From NCBI GenBank assembly GCA_036000845.1, contig DASYUW010000013.1, positions 1 to 54,324 of the forward strand: a stretch of DNA of 54,324 nt, written 5' to 3'. Positions 35,862-45,637 of the stretch are shown in pieces. The stretch comes from Burkholderiales bacterium (GTDB lineage Bacteria > Pseudomonadota > Gammaproteobacteria > Burkholderiales > JACQAP01). A program made the translations under genes and the position numbers. Under the pieces are notes generated by a model. It saw nothing but the letters and a program-made list of their open reading frames with translations. It had not been told where the DNA came from and ran no database searches. Numbering within the stretch: the stretch's first letter is position 1; every line of letters begins with the position of its first letter.

Positions 35862-37032
35862 TTTGACCCTCCGCCACGCACTCCATGACGTAGCGCTCGA
35901 AACGCCGGGCAAACTCGTTGCGCCGGGGAGCAAGCTGCGCGCGCGCCTCTTCGGCAAGTTGCCGCCTCGCGTCGGACCGGTCTGCCTCCCAAGCGCGCCG
36001 CATCAGCTCGGCGGCAGCTTCGGCGGCGTCGGGCGGAAAATACGCGCCCCCCGGCGGTTGCTGCTCACGGTGAACCGCGATGTCGGAAACGATCACCGGG
36101 ACGCCCAGCGACTTGGCTTCCTCCACTGTCGTGCTCCAACCCTCGAATCGCGACGGATTGATCACGGCGACCGAATGCCACATCAGCGCCATCAGGTCGG
36201 CATACGGAACCAGACCCAACACCTTGAACCGTTCCGCGACCCCGAGCGCTCCGGCGTGGCTCGTCAGGCGCCCGAAATGTTCCGGGTTGCGATCGTCGAC
36301 GGGGTTTCCGCTTGCAAGCACGGTAACTGCCACTCCCTGACGCTCGAGTACGGCAAGCGCATCCACCACGACACGATGGTTCTTGTGCACCCAGAACTGG
36401 TTCGGAAGAAAGAAGTACCGGCCGGAAAAGGAATACTTGCGCTCCAGCGCCTCGCGCGATGGCAACGTCTCAGGATCCGGCACATTCGCCACGAACGGCA
36501 GAACCCGGCTTCTGGGAGCGGCCTCGGGACAGAAGTCCGCCAGGTCCTTGCGGACGCTCTCGCTGCTCACGATTACGCGCGACGCGAAACGGCAAAGCCT
36601 GGCGTAATGATGGTCTCGCTGCCGCAGCTCGCGCTCCGAGAAGTTTTGTGGCAATCGCATATGCTGGAAGTCCGGTATCCATGCGAGCACCGGAACGCGG
36701 GCGTCCGGCCCCAGATGTCCCGAATGGGACAACGCGTCGATGTCCAGTGAAACGAGTTCGCGTTCCAGCAAGCGGTCGCTCTCGGTAAACCGGCCCAGCA
36801 TCTTCCTTGCAATCCAGCGCGGACTGTAGCGTTGCAGCGACGCCGGACAACGCCAGTCGGCCGACGGCAACTCGGCGAGCAATTCCGGCCTCGATTGCGA
36901 ACCGGTGAGAATGACGGGCTGGACGGTGTGTTCGGGCAAATGGGCCAACGCGGTCAACAAATTGCGGAAATAACTGGCGCCACCCAGCCAAACCTGGCCC
37001 GAGACATTGAAGAAAAAACCGACCCGGATCAC
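35848..37032 (-). CDS. Glycosyltransferase family 4 (GT-B)
   Basis: The C-terminal PSRFEGWSTTVEEAKSLGVPVIVSDI is the E-x7-E region. 394 aa. Confidence 0.7.
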   Translation of the reverse strand: MIRVGFFFNVSGQVWLGGASYFRNLLTALAHLPEHTVQPVILTGSQSRPELLAELPSADWRCPASLQRYSPRWIARKMLGRFTESDRLLERELVSLDIDALSHSGHLGPDARVPVLAWIPDFQHMRLPQNFSERELRQRDHHYARLCRFASRVIVSSESVRKDLADFCPEAAPRSRVLPFVANVPDPETLPSREALERKYSFSGRYFFLPNQFWVHKNHRVVVDALAVLERQGVAVTVLASGNPVDDRNPEHFGRLTSHAGALGVAERFKVLGLVPYADLMALMWHSVAVINPSRFEGWSTTVEEAKSLGVPVIVSDIAVHREQQPPGGAYFPPDAAEAAAELMRRAWEADRSDARRQLAEEARAQLAPRRNEFARRFERYVMECVAEGQSADR

Positions 37033-37949
37033 GGCGCCCCCTGCCGGAACCAGTCCAGATACTGGCGCACGCCGTCGCGCCAGCCGACGCGAGGATTCCA
37101 GCCCCAGCGCTGCGCGGCTCGAATGTCGGCAAGGTAGTGCTTCGGGTCGCCGCTACGCCCGCCGCCGGTGAAGACCGGCTCGTCGCTGCGACCCAACAGG
37201 CGGTAAAGATGCCTCAGCAGTTCGCGCACCGGCACCGCCTGCCCGGTTCCACCATTGACGACCGGGCAATCGCGTCCGGCATGGCTGCCGGCAAGCTCTA
37301 GCAACGCCACGGTATCGTCGACATGCAGCCAGTCGCGCGTCTCGGCGCCGTCGCCGAAAAAGCGCGGTGGCTCGTTGCGCCCCAGCCTGTCGCACGCATC
37401 CCACAACAGCTGCTTGCGCAATCCGGGCCCGTACACCGAGAAGAAGCGCACCACGGCAGTCCCCACTCCGAACTTCTCGGCGTAGAGTCGGCACAGATTC
37501 TCCGCCATACGCTTGTGCTCGCCATAGGGAGAAACGGGTTGCAGCGGCGCGGTTTCCACGATCGGCAGCTCGCGCGCCTCGCCATAGACGGCGGCGCTGG
37601 AAGGCATGACCACCGCCGCCTCGCGGGCGTGAATCCTGGCGAACTCCAGCACTGCCGCGGTCGTCGAAACCGTCCGCTGATAGTCCTGCAGCGGACGTTC
37701 TATCGAGAACCCCACCGATGCGCCGCCGGCGCAATGCACGATGAGTTCAGGCGCGCCCGCATAGGTCACGAGGCTGTCGAGCGAGATGTCCGCGGTATGC
37801 CACTTGGAGATGCCCCATTCCCGCCACTCGTGCTGTGCCCATGCCCCATGTCCGATTCCGGTTACCGTATGTCCCTGAGCTGCCAGGTGCCGGGCGACGT
37901 TTCGGCCGATGAATCCGTAGGCTCCGGTGACCAGGATCGGCTTAGCCAT
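37029..37949 (-). CDS. NAD-dependent sugar epimerase/dehydratase (extended SDR)
   Basis: ILVTGAYGFIGRNVARHL (Rossmann GxxGxxG) and SPYGEHKRMAE (YxxxK). Confidence 0.8.
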   Translation of the reverse strand: MAKPILVTGAYGFIGRNVARHLAAQGHTVTGIGHGAWAQHEWREWGISKWHTADISLDSLVTYAGAPELIVHCAGGASVGFSIERPLQDYQRTVSTTAAVLEFARIHAREAAVVMPSSAAVYGEARELPIVETAPLQPVSPYGEHKRMAENLCRLYAEKFGVGTAVVRFFSVYGPGLRKQLLWDACDRLGRNEPPRFFGDGAETRDWLHVDDTVALLELAGSHAGRDCPVVNGGTGQAVPVRELLRHLYRLLGRSDEPVFTGGGRSGDPKHYLADIRAAQRWGWNPRVGWRDGVRQYLDWFRQGAP

Positions 37950-38769
37950 TGCCCGTTTTCTCTCCCACGAAGCTGTATAGCCTGCCGGGTTGCCTCAAGA
38001 ATCGCCCCCTCAGGCCGACGATCAAATCGGGGATCAATTCAGCGAACGGAAATGCGAGCCGGCTGGCGATCTGGCGCTTGACGTCCAGTAGCGTCTCCGG
38101 AAAGGTGTTTATCTCCGATTGAAACGGGTTCAGAACCTTGATCAACCGCACCCCACCGGCATCGATTGCCTGCTTGTACTCGTCGAGGAGGTACGCATTC
38201 TCCCCGCCATACCGGGAATGCAGCGGATGGCTTTCCAGGAATGCAGACAGATCTTCCCTGCGCGAGATGACATGTTCCCTGATCGCGATGAATCGCCCTC
38301 GCGGCTTCAGTACACGGCCGATCTCCCGGCACAGTTGACGAAGATCGTGCGCATGGTGCAATGACTGGCGGCAATGCACGAGATCGAAGCTCGATGGCGG
38401 AAACGGAAGATGCTCTCCCCGCTCCTGCACTACCTCGATATCGAGTTGCACTTCCTTCGCCAATGACCGGATCGCCGCCGCCCCCACCACGGCACTCGGA
38501 TCGGGTTCCAGCGCCGTGACCTGCCAGCCTTCCCGCGCTAGGGCATAGCTGGAAATGCCGCGGCCGGCGCCGAGGTCGAGCGCCCGACCCGCGGATTGCG
38601 GAAGAAACCGCCCGACCGCCGCCCATTCACTGCTTCGGTAATAACGTTCGGCCGCAGCGGCCAACGGATCGTCGTAAAAGCACGCTCGTACGAGATCTGC
38701 CTGATCCGGTTGGCTCCTTAACCAGAGAACAGCGTCTTCCCAACTGCGCGTGCTATCGCTCATCGCCAT
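37942..38769 (-). CDS. Class I SAM-dependent methyltransferase
   Basis: The start is taken at ATG 38769 (MAMSDSTRSW). It has ALDLGAGRGISS, FDLVHCRQSLHH and LKPRGRFIAIRE. Confidence 0.75.
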   Translation of the reverse strand: MAMSDSTRSWEDAVLWLRSQPDQADLVRACFYDDPLAAAAERYYRSSEWAAVGRFLPQSAGRALDLGAGRGISSYALAREGWQVTALEPDPSAVVGAAAIRSLAKEVQLDIEVVQERGEHLPFPPSSFDLVHCRQSLHHAHDLRQLCREIGRVLKPRGRFIAIREHVISRREDLSAFLESHPLHSRYGGENAYLLDEYKQAIDAGGVRLIKVLNPFQSEINTFPETLLDVKRQIASRLAFPFAELIPDLIVGLRGRFLRQPGRLYSFVGEKTGNG

Positions 38770-39337
38770 CCAGTACACGAATGATGCGCGCCGGATTTCC
38801 GGCCACCATGTTCCATGGCGGAACGTTTTCCGTAACCACGCTGCCCGCGCCGACGATTGCCCCCCGCCCCAACGAAACCCCTCGCAGGACAATCGACATG
38901 CAGCCAATCCAGACGTCGTCGCCGATATTCACAGCGCGCTCGCCAAGATCAATACGGTCCGGATGTCCCTCGGTGATGATGTGCTTGAAGTGTTCATGTC
39001 TCGCCTTGGCGCCGATCGGATGCGTCAGACTGTCCAGAATCGTCACGTTATGCGCGATCAGAACTCGATTTCCTATGCGGATGCTTCGTGCAGACCAAAT
39101 TCTGGTCGATTCTCCGATGTAGCAGTACTCCCCGATACTGATCGCGCCGCCGTGAGCAAAGGTAAGAAGTTCACCCCTTACGTGCGTGAACCGCCCTATG
39201 CTGATTGCGCTCCGGGTCCCCGTTTCGTTGAAGATCCTCGCGGTATCGTGGATTACTGCCCCCGGTTCGATCATGTACTGGCGCCGCCTGAGCAGACGCT
39301 TGAAAACGCGTCCGATCACTTCACCAGTTCCAGGCAC
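38753..39337 (-). CDS. Hexapeptide-repeat (LbH) O-acetyl/acyltransferase
   Basis: IGNRVLIAHNVTI, IGDDVWIGCMSIVLRGVSLGRGAIVGAGSVVTENVPPWNMVAGNPARI is the maltose/galactoside acetyltransferase-like pattern. Confidence 0.8.
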   Translation of the reverse strand: MPGTGEVIGRVFKRLLRRRQYMIEPGAVIHDTARIFNETGTRSAISIGRFTHVRGELLTFAHGGAISIGEYCYIGESTRIWSARSIRIGNRVLIAHNVTILDSLTHPIGAKARHEHFKHIITEGHPDRIDLGERAVNIGDDVWIGCMSIVLRGVSLGRGAIVGAGSVVTENVPPWNMVAGNPARIIRVLDGDER

Positions 39338-40143
39338 ACAACCGCACGAGAAGCAGCAGCAAAATCCGGATCGTAGGTCTTGCGTTTATGGATATCGAAG
39401 TAGGTGGAATCCCTGGACGCCCCCCGATCGGAAGGTACCCATCCGGATTCGGTATAGCGGAAGTGCGTTTCCGTAACCTGGGTTGGCCCGAATGTTTCGA
39501 TCAGGCGGTCCACCATGGCCGCATCGAAAATCTGAAACCAGCCATGGTCCTGGTGTTTACCGAACGGCACGCTAAGGTAAAGCCTGCCTCCGGCCTTCAA
39601 TAGCCGTCGAAACTCCTTTGTCGCCTGAAGGTGTGCCAACTTGTCGCTTTCGCGTTTTTCGGGGTCCGCGGTGTACAACATCGTATTGTCCATACCGATG
39701 TGCTCGACCGTTGAAAGACTGACGACCCAATCAAAGTTCCCATCGTGGAAACACGAATCCATGAGATCTTCGTAGACATATGACACACCGTATCTACAGA
39801 AACACTCGGCCTCCGGAGCCAGCGTAGAAATGAATATCCGCTTGGAGGCCAGGCCCGGATATGTCAAAAGGAATTCGTAGTTGAGTATCGATCCCGCATC
39901 GAGCAGCGTTCCAGGTTGCCTTGGCAGCCTCGATAGAAACCAGGGATATTCCACGATGCGCTCGTCGAGCCTGAATCCATACCCGGGTGGCAGGCTCTTC
40001 GAATCAAACCTTTTCAGATTGATGATCTCTGTAATTTTCCTGCGTTTGTACGCCGCGTAGCCAAACGACCAGGGGCGCATTCCGGTCAAACGGAAAATAG
40101 TCGGCCCGATGGCGGCGTAAACCCATTTCAATAGCCGTTTCAT
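39316..40143 (-). CDS. Probable SAM-dependent methyltransferase
   Basis: LLDAGS, FDWVVSLSTVEHIG and LLKAGGRLYLSVPFG follow the class I methyltransferase motif order. This call is less certain than the others. Confidence 0.5.
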   Translation of the reverse strand: MKRLLKWVYAAIGPTIFRLTGMRPWSFGYAAYKRRKITEIINLKRFDSKSLPPGYGFRLDERIVEYPWFLSRLPRQPGTLLDAGSILNYEFLLTYPGLASKRIFISTLAPEAECFCRYGVSYVYEDLMDSCFHDGNFDWVVSLSTVEHIGMDNTMLYTADPEKRESDKLAHLQATKEFRRLLKAGGRLYLSVPFGKHQDHGWFQIFDAAMVDRLIETFGPTQVTETHFRYTESGWVPSDRGASRDSTYFDIHKRKTYDPDFAAASRAVVCLELVK

Positions 40144-40145
40144 CG

Positions 40146-41069
40146 CTAGTTCAGGTTCCAGCTTCTAATCATTCTTAATGCCTTAGCCACTACGTTACGC
40201 ACCAAGTCACCGGCTCTGCGGCGGCGAGTCGGCATCGCCGCCAGCACCTTTTTCCAATCCGGGTGAAGTTGAACCCGGGCGGGCAATCTTGCTACACGGA
40301 AATCTGGCTGCATGGGCGCCTGTTCGACGTCCGAGACCACGCAGTGCGTGCCGCTCCCGTCAAAACCGATATTCCGAACCAGCGTCCTCGCCGGGTACAG
40401 AGTCAGGCCGCCCCGATTGAACACGCTCAAATACCAGCGGATTGCCCAGGAGTCGATGCTGCCGCGTCGCTGCCGCTCCAGCATGTCGAAGTAATCGTAG
40501 GCACCATCAAGATTAAAACGATCGCGCAGATTCCGGTCTCTAACAAGCGCATCGAATCTCGTCATTTCGGGGTCGAAGTGCCGCCACGCCCTTTCCCACG
40601 TAGCCCATCCCCAGGACGTCGTAAACGGCATGAAAAAAGCGTCGGTTTCGGTAACAACATCGATTGGAAACATGTAACCGGAGACTTGCATCGCAGAATC
40701 ATCAATCTGATACCTCTCCAAAGCCCTGTTCATGTACTCCAGGAATTGAGGCGACACGACGAGATCGTCCTCCAGCACGATGACGCGACCGAATTCCTTC
40801 GTGAGGCGGGTTGTTCCGTCGATGATCGAATTCGCCAGGCCCAGATTCCCGGACCGTTCGACGACGTTGACCGATCGGAATCCCGTCACGCTTCCGGCGT
40901 AACGCCTCACCTCCGCGACGGCCGGCTCCTGCGCAGGACTCTTCGGTCCATCCGAAAAAATGTACAGGTCGGCCGCAGCCGCCGTTTCGTTCGCGAGCAG
41001 GGACTCTACCGTGCGCCGAATATGCATCGGACGGTTGTAGGCAAACAGGGCGAGCGGGGCAAAGGACAT
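40146..41069 (-). CDS. GT-A glycosyltransferase, GnT-I (GT13)-like
   Basis: LALFAYNRPMHIRRTVESL, IFSDGP and VIVLEDDLVVSPQFLEYMNRALERY. It is a paralog of 34872-35861. Confidence 0.55.
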   Translation of the reverse strand: MSFAPLALFAYNRPMHIRRTVESLLANETAAAADLYIFSDGPKSPAQEPAVAEVRRYAGSVTGFRSVNVVERSGNLGLANSIIDGTTRLTKEFGRVIVLEDDLVVSPQFLEYMNRALERYQIDDSAMQVSGYMFPIDVVTETDAFFMPFTTSWGWATWERAWRHFDPEMTRFDALVRDRNLRDRFNLDGAYDYFDMLERQRRGSIDSWAIRWYLSVFNRGGLTLYPARTLVRNIGFDGSGTHCVVSDVEQAPMQPDFRVARLPARVQLHPDWKKVLAAMPTRRRRAGDLVRNVVAKALRMIRSWNLN

Positions 41070-41073
41070 GATC

Positions 41074-42243
41074 TCAGTCGCTCGGTTTGCTTTCCGCCAC
41101 GCTTTCGTAGATGCCGGCCAGCCGCTCCCCCTGGACTATGGCGTTGAACTCGGACTCGATATGCGCCCTGCCACGATTCAGAAACCCGCCCCAGTTCTGC
41201 GGCTGCCTCACGGCACGAAGTAGACAATCTACCAGACCGTCAACGTCACGTTCCGCGGTAAGAAAGCCGGATCGCCCGTCAAGTATCACCTCCGGAATAT
41301 CGCAATGCCGGCTGCTCACAACGAACATACCGGTAGCCGCCATCTCGATCAGCGACACCGGTGCCCCTCCTTCGGTCCCGCCATCCCGCGAGGTCACGCT
41401 TGGCGCAAGGAACAGATGATGCTGGTAGGCTTCCTTGATCATGCTTGCGTGCGGCTGATACCCCAACATTCGCACTTGACGGGACAACGCGCGCTTGTCG
41501 ACGGCGGCAAGAATCTTTGCCTTCTCGGCACGGCTCTCTTCATTGTCCTGTGCATCGCCGATGATGGTGATATCGAGGTCCGCATGATCTCGCAATTGCG
41601 CGAGCGCCTCCAGGGCGTAAGGAATGCCTTTTTTCTCTGCGAAAGTCGCCGCAATTAATACCCGAAGCCGCTCATTAGGGCGCCACTGCCTCGGTCGGAA
41701 TGGGAACCTGTCCAGGCGCACTCCGAGATGATGAACGCGGATCTTGTGCTCCGGACAGCCTATATCCACGACGCAACGCGCCATGTGAGGCCCTTCGCAG
41801 AGGACTAGGTCCACTTTCCCGAACAACTCTGCAAACCGGTCACGCCAGAGCGGCTGCCCCGGGAGAAAGCTCATGTCGTACCCATAGAAAGTCACGACAT
41901 GCCTGCATTTGGCCGCCGTCACGGCGCCTAGACTCTTCCAAGCCACGTCGCCGAAATGCGAATGGATGATTTGCGCCCCGACCGAGCGGGTAACGCGCGA
42001 CAGATATCCCAGGTGCCTGCGTAATCCTGTTTTCCTGAGCGCGCGGTCCCAGAACCGCGCGGGGTTCGGCGCGCGCGAAAAATCGTGGAGATGGCGCACC
42101 GGGAACTGATCGAGGTTCACAGCTTTTTCGCAAACTACGTGGTTCTCGATTCTCTCGCCCGGCGTGCAACTGACCTGCGTATGGATCCAGGTCTGCGTCT
42201 GGGGCAGCCAGACCGGCGTGTTATGGACCACACGTAGGGTCAT
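41074..42243 (-). CDS. Glycosyltransferase family 4 (WcaL-like)
   Basis: 389 aa. EGGAPVSLIEMAATGMFVVSSRHCDIPE is the E-x7-E region. Confidence 0.7.
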   Translation of the reverse strand: MTLRVVHNTPVWLPQTQTWIHTQVSCTPGERIENHVVCEKAVNLDQFPVRHLHDFSRAPNPARFWDRALRKTGLRRHLGYLSRVTRSVGAQIIHSHFGDVAWKSLGAVTAAKCRHVVTFYGYDMSFLPGQPLWRDRFAELFGKVDLVLCEGPHMARCVVDIGCPEHKIRVHHLGVRLDRFPFRPRQWRPNERLRVLIAATFAEKKGIPYALEALAQLRDHADLDITIIGDAQDNEESRAEKAKILAAVDKRALSRQVRMLGYQPHASMIKEAYQHHLFLAPSVTSRDGGTEGGAPVSLIEMAATGMFVVSSRHCDIPEVILDGRSGFLTAERDVDGLVDCLLRAVRQPQNWGGFLNRGRAHIESEFNAIVQGERLAGIYESVAESKPSD

Positions 42244-44192
42244 CCGTTCGCATCCGCCAAGGGACGCCCCTCAACAACGCGCCGCCACCACAGGCCAAGA
42301 CTCACGAGTCGCCACAGCGCGAAAGGATTCGTGCGCCCAAATACGTCGTAGCAATCATCAATCGCAGCGACATTGAGGTAGGGATTGGAACTTTCCAGGT
42401 TCGAAATGATTTGTCGCCGGGAGGCGATGAGCCAATCGGAGAGCGGGAATGGGAAACCCATCTTGGTCCGGCGCCAGAGAACATGTTCCGGCAACAGGCC
42501 CACCATTGCCTTGCGAAGTATCCATTTGTGCCACCCATCCCGGATCAGGTATTCGGGCGGCAGCGAGAATGCAAAGTCCACAAACCGGTAATCCAGAAAT
42601 GGCGCTCGCGGTTCTATCGGGATGCCAAAGTTTGACTTATTCGCAGACCGCAACCAGTAATTCATCTTGGCGTGACCCATGTTGACACGCGTTCTTGCAG
42701 CGAATGTTTTCGGGGCCGATGTCCTTCGTCTGACGCCAGGTGGCGCGACATAACATTTTTTCAAGAATCCAGTTTCCCCGGAACGCCAACGTAGCAGGTT
42801 TTTCCAGAATTCCGGCAATGCAAGACCCATACTCAAGTCAACAGTATTTCTAAACGAGGGCGGATATTCGGTGTTTGCTTTGGCTTCCAGTACGAATCTG
42901 CGCAAATCCGCTCTTGCGAACAGGTAGAGAAGGTACGGGGCAAGGTACTCCCCGGCATACCCAGCAAGAACCTCATCCCCAGCCGCGCCGCTTATCACGA
43001 CCTTCGAGCCATCAGCCTTCATCTGCCTACGGAGGGATTGGTTGGTGTGCAGGTTGGGAGCGTGAAACGGCTCCTCTTCCGTCCAGATGAACTGATTCGC
43101 GTCTCGCCAGAAGTCATCGTGCCCGGGTTTGATTGCGCGATAGTCGACTTTTCCCTGAAAACGCTCCGCCACCGCCTTGGCGTAAGGGGCCTCGTTGTAT
43201 TTGGGGTCGGCGAACTCCACTGTGTACGATGTCAGTTGGTCAGGCAGGAATTGCGCTGCGAGTGCAACTAACGAAGACGAGTCCATGCCCCCGCTCAGTT
43301 CAAATGCCACTGGAACATCGGCCCGCACACGAATGCGGATTGCATCAACGAGGATGTCGCCGACCCGTCGAGCAGCCTCTTCCGAGGAGATGTCCGCAGT
43401 GCTCATGCGCTCGGAAGGAAGCTCCCAGAAGCGGTGTATATCTAAGCCTCCGTCCGGATATACCGACGCGAAACTCGCGGGCGGAAAATCCTCGATACCT
43501 TCCCAGAAGGTACCGTCGCGGTCGCGCCACCCTTCCACGACGTAGTCGTCGACCGCCTGCGACCTGACGGGAAAGGCGTCAGGCCCGCAAGCTGCCAGGA
43601 TTGCCTTGATCTCGGAGGCCCAGTAAAGCCGACCGTCACGGACCGCATAGTAGAGCGGCACCTTACCAAGCCGATCCCTGGCGAGAAGCAGCTTTCGAGT
43701 CCGGGAGTCATAGAGCGACACTGCCCATTGGCCGTTCAGGCGCTGAAACAACTCCCTACCCCACTCGAGGTAGCCCTCCAACAAGACCTCGGTATCCGAC
43801 TTCGTGCTGAACCTGCGACCGCGGCTCTCCAATTCGTCACGGAGTTCCACGTAGTTGTAGATCTCTCCATTGAACGACACGCACACCAGGCCGCGCGTGT
43901 CCCACATCGGCTGATGCCCGCCAGGGGTCAGATCGACGATTGAATAGCGGCAGTGGGCAAACGCGAGTTGATGGGAAAAGTTCCCAGCCGACCCGGCATC
44001 CGGCATCACCTCGCGAATTCTCGGATCACTCGAAGGAGTCGCACAGTTCATCGCCTTGCCGGCCATCGCATCGACCAGCAGCAGCCCCTGGTCGTCGGGC
44101 CCGCGGTGGGCAATGGTCCCCAGCATCTCGAGCAGCCTGCCCGTGCCGGCAAGCGGCGCGTCGAGGGAGTAGTAGCCGGCGATGCCACACAT
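42240..44192 (-). CDS. Asparagine synthase-type glutamine amidotransferase (second copy)
   Basis: MCGI, HRGPDD, FNGEIYNY and SDTEVLL, with an ELSGGMDSS PP-loop. 650 aa. Confidence 0.85.
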   Translation of the reverse strand: MCGIAGYYSLDAPLAGTGRLLEMLGTIAHRGPDDQGLLLVDAMAGKAMNCATPSSDPRIREVMPDAGSAGNFSHQLAFAHCRYSIVDLTPGGHQPMWDTRGLVCVSFNGEIYNYVELRDELESRGRRFSTKSDTEVLLEGYLEWGRELFQRLNGQWAVSLYDSRTRKLLLARDRLGKVPLYYAVRDGRLYWASEIKAILAACGPDAFPVRSQAVDDYVVEGWRDRDGTFWEGIEDFPPASFASVYPDGGLDIHRFWELPSERMSTADISSEEAARRVGDILVDAIRIRVRADVPVAFELSGGMDSSSLVALAAQFLPDQLTSYTVEFADPKYNEAPYAKAVAERFQGKVDYRAIKPGHDDFWRDANQFIWTEEEPFHAPNLHTNQSLRRQMKADGSKVVISGAAGDEVLAGYAGEYLAPYLLYLFARADLRRFVLEAKANTEYPPSFRNTVDLSMGLALPEFWKNLLRWRSGETGFLKKCYVAPPGVRRRTSAPKTFAARTRVNMGHAKMNYWLRSANKSNFGIPIEPRAPFLDYRFVDFAFSLPPEYLIRDGWHKWILRKAMVGLLPEHVLWRRTKMGFPFPLSDWLIASRRQIISNLESSNPYLNVAAIDDCYDVFGRTNPFALWRLVSLGLWWRRVVEGRPLADANG

Positions 44193-44198
44193 GGAAGT

Positions 44199-45635
44199 TC
44201 AGCGCAGAGTGTTCTTCAATCGGGCGAGGAACGGGCGCTGCCAGGGCACGATGATCGCGAGATACATGGCGGCCCCAATCACGGCCAGCACTATCAGATC
44301 CGCAACAGGGTTGCCGAACCCCAGTCCGGCATTGCGCGCCCACCGCACGAATGCCCCCATGACCGCAGCCGAGATGAGCATCGGCCCGAACGCTGCAAGG
44401 TATTCCATCGGCCGCATCCTGACCAATAGCCAGCGTATCCAGAATCCCACGGGAAAAAGACCGACGAAGAAGGCGATCGCCAGGCCGGCTGCAATGCCCT
44501 CGATGTCCCAACGTCCGCCCGCCCAGATGGCAGCGGCATACAGAATGACCATCCAGAGGTTGAGATAAAAGCCGATTTCCACCCTGCCCTTGGCAAGCAA
44601 CAGCGTGCCGATGGGATTGCCCAGGCAATAGAACATTCCCAACACGCCCAGAAGCCGGAATGTGGGCACCAGTGACGTCCAGCTTTCTCCCAGCAGAGCC
44701 AGGATAAGCGGCTCCGCCAGCACGATCATGCCGACATAGACAGGAAACAAGATCAGCGCGATCACTCGGATCGCGTCCAGGTAGCCGGCACGAAGTCGCG
44801 TATCGTCAGTTTGGACCTTCGCGAACAGCGGAAAAGAAACGCGTGTGATGATCGGGTTGAAGACCTGCATCGGCTTCATCGCGAGCTGGTAAGCCATGCT
44901 GTACAGCCCCAGCCCGTGCGATCCGATCAGGTAACCGATCAGCAGCTTGTCCAGATTGAACCCCAGGAAATTGATCGTTCGCTCCCCCATCTGAAAGGCG
45001 CCGAAACGCAGGTATCCGGCCAGATCAGGCAAATGGAAACGCAACTGCGGCCGCCATTCACGCATGCCGAGATTGAGCAGTGCCAGCGTCCGCGTCGCCG
45101 CATTCGCGAGCTGACCCCATACCAGCGAGTACACACCGTGGCCCCACCAGGCCAGGAGTACCGCGGTCGCTACGCCGACGACCGCCGACAGGACGTCGAT
45201 CGCCGCGAGGGTCTGGAAGCGCAGCCCCTTCTGCAGCAACATGGCGAACTGCTGGCCCGCCGGCGCAATCAGGAACGCAACGCCCGCCCACGCAAGCAGC
45301 CCGACGAGGCGGGGTTCGCCGTACAGGCGCGCGACAAGCGGCGCGACCAGCAGCAACACTCCGAACACCAGCAAGCCGACCACGACGTTCAACCAAAACA
45401 GCGAGGAGAGCTGCTCGCGCGTCGCATCCTGCCGCTGCACGATCGCGCTGCTCAGTCCGGCATCCGAGTAAATCTGGGCGAAACCAACCGCGATGACGGT
45501 CAGCGCCATCAAGCCGAAGTCCTCCGGAACGAGAAGGCGCGCCAGCACCGCAATCTGCAGAACCTGCAGGGCCACCGTGACCAGCGTCGCGCCCCCCGTC
45601 CACGTCGCCCCGGACAGAGCCTGTTTGCGCAGCAT
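44199..45635 (-). CDS. wzx: Oligosaccharide flippase (Wzx / polysaccharide-transport MOP family)
   Basis: The start is taken at ATG 45635 (MLRKQALSGATWTGG...). The 478-aa product is hydrophobic throughout with many predicted TM segments and the typical N-terminus of PST-family LPS biosynthesis proteins. Confidence 0.75.
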   Translation of the reverse strand: MLRKQALSGATWTGGATLVTVALQVLQIAVLARLLVPEDFGLMALTVIAVGFAQIYSDAGLSSAIVQRQDATREQLSSLFWLNVVVGLLVFGVLLLVAPLVARLYGEPRLVGLLAWAGVAFLIAPAGQQFAMLLQKGLRFQTLAAIDVLSAVVGVATAVLLAWWGHGVYSLVWGQLANAATRTLALLNLGMREWRPQLRFHLPDLAGYLRFGAFQMGERTINFLGFNLDKLLIGYLIGSHGLGLYSMAYQLAMKPMQVFNPIITRVSFPLFAKVQTDDTRLRAGYLDAIRVIALILFPVYVGMIVLAEPLILALLGESWTSLVPTFRLLGVLGMFYCLGNPIGTLLLAKGRVEIGFYLNLWMVILYAAAIWAGGRWDIEGIAAGLAIAFFVGLFPVGFWIRWLLVRMRPMEYLAAFGPMLISAAVMGAFVRWARNAGLGFGNPVADLIVLAVIGAAMYLAIIVPWQRPFLARLKNTLR

Positions 45636-45637
45636 CG

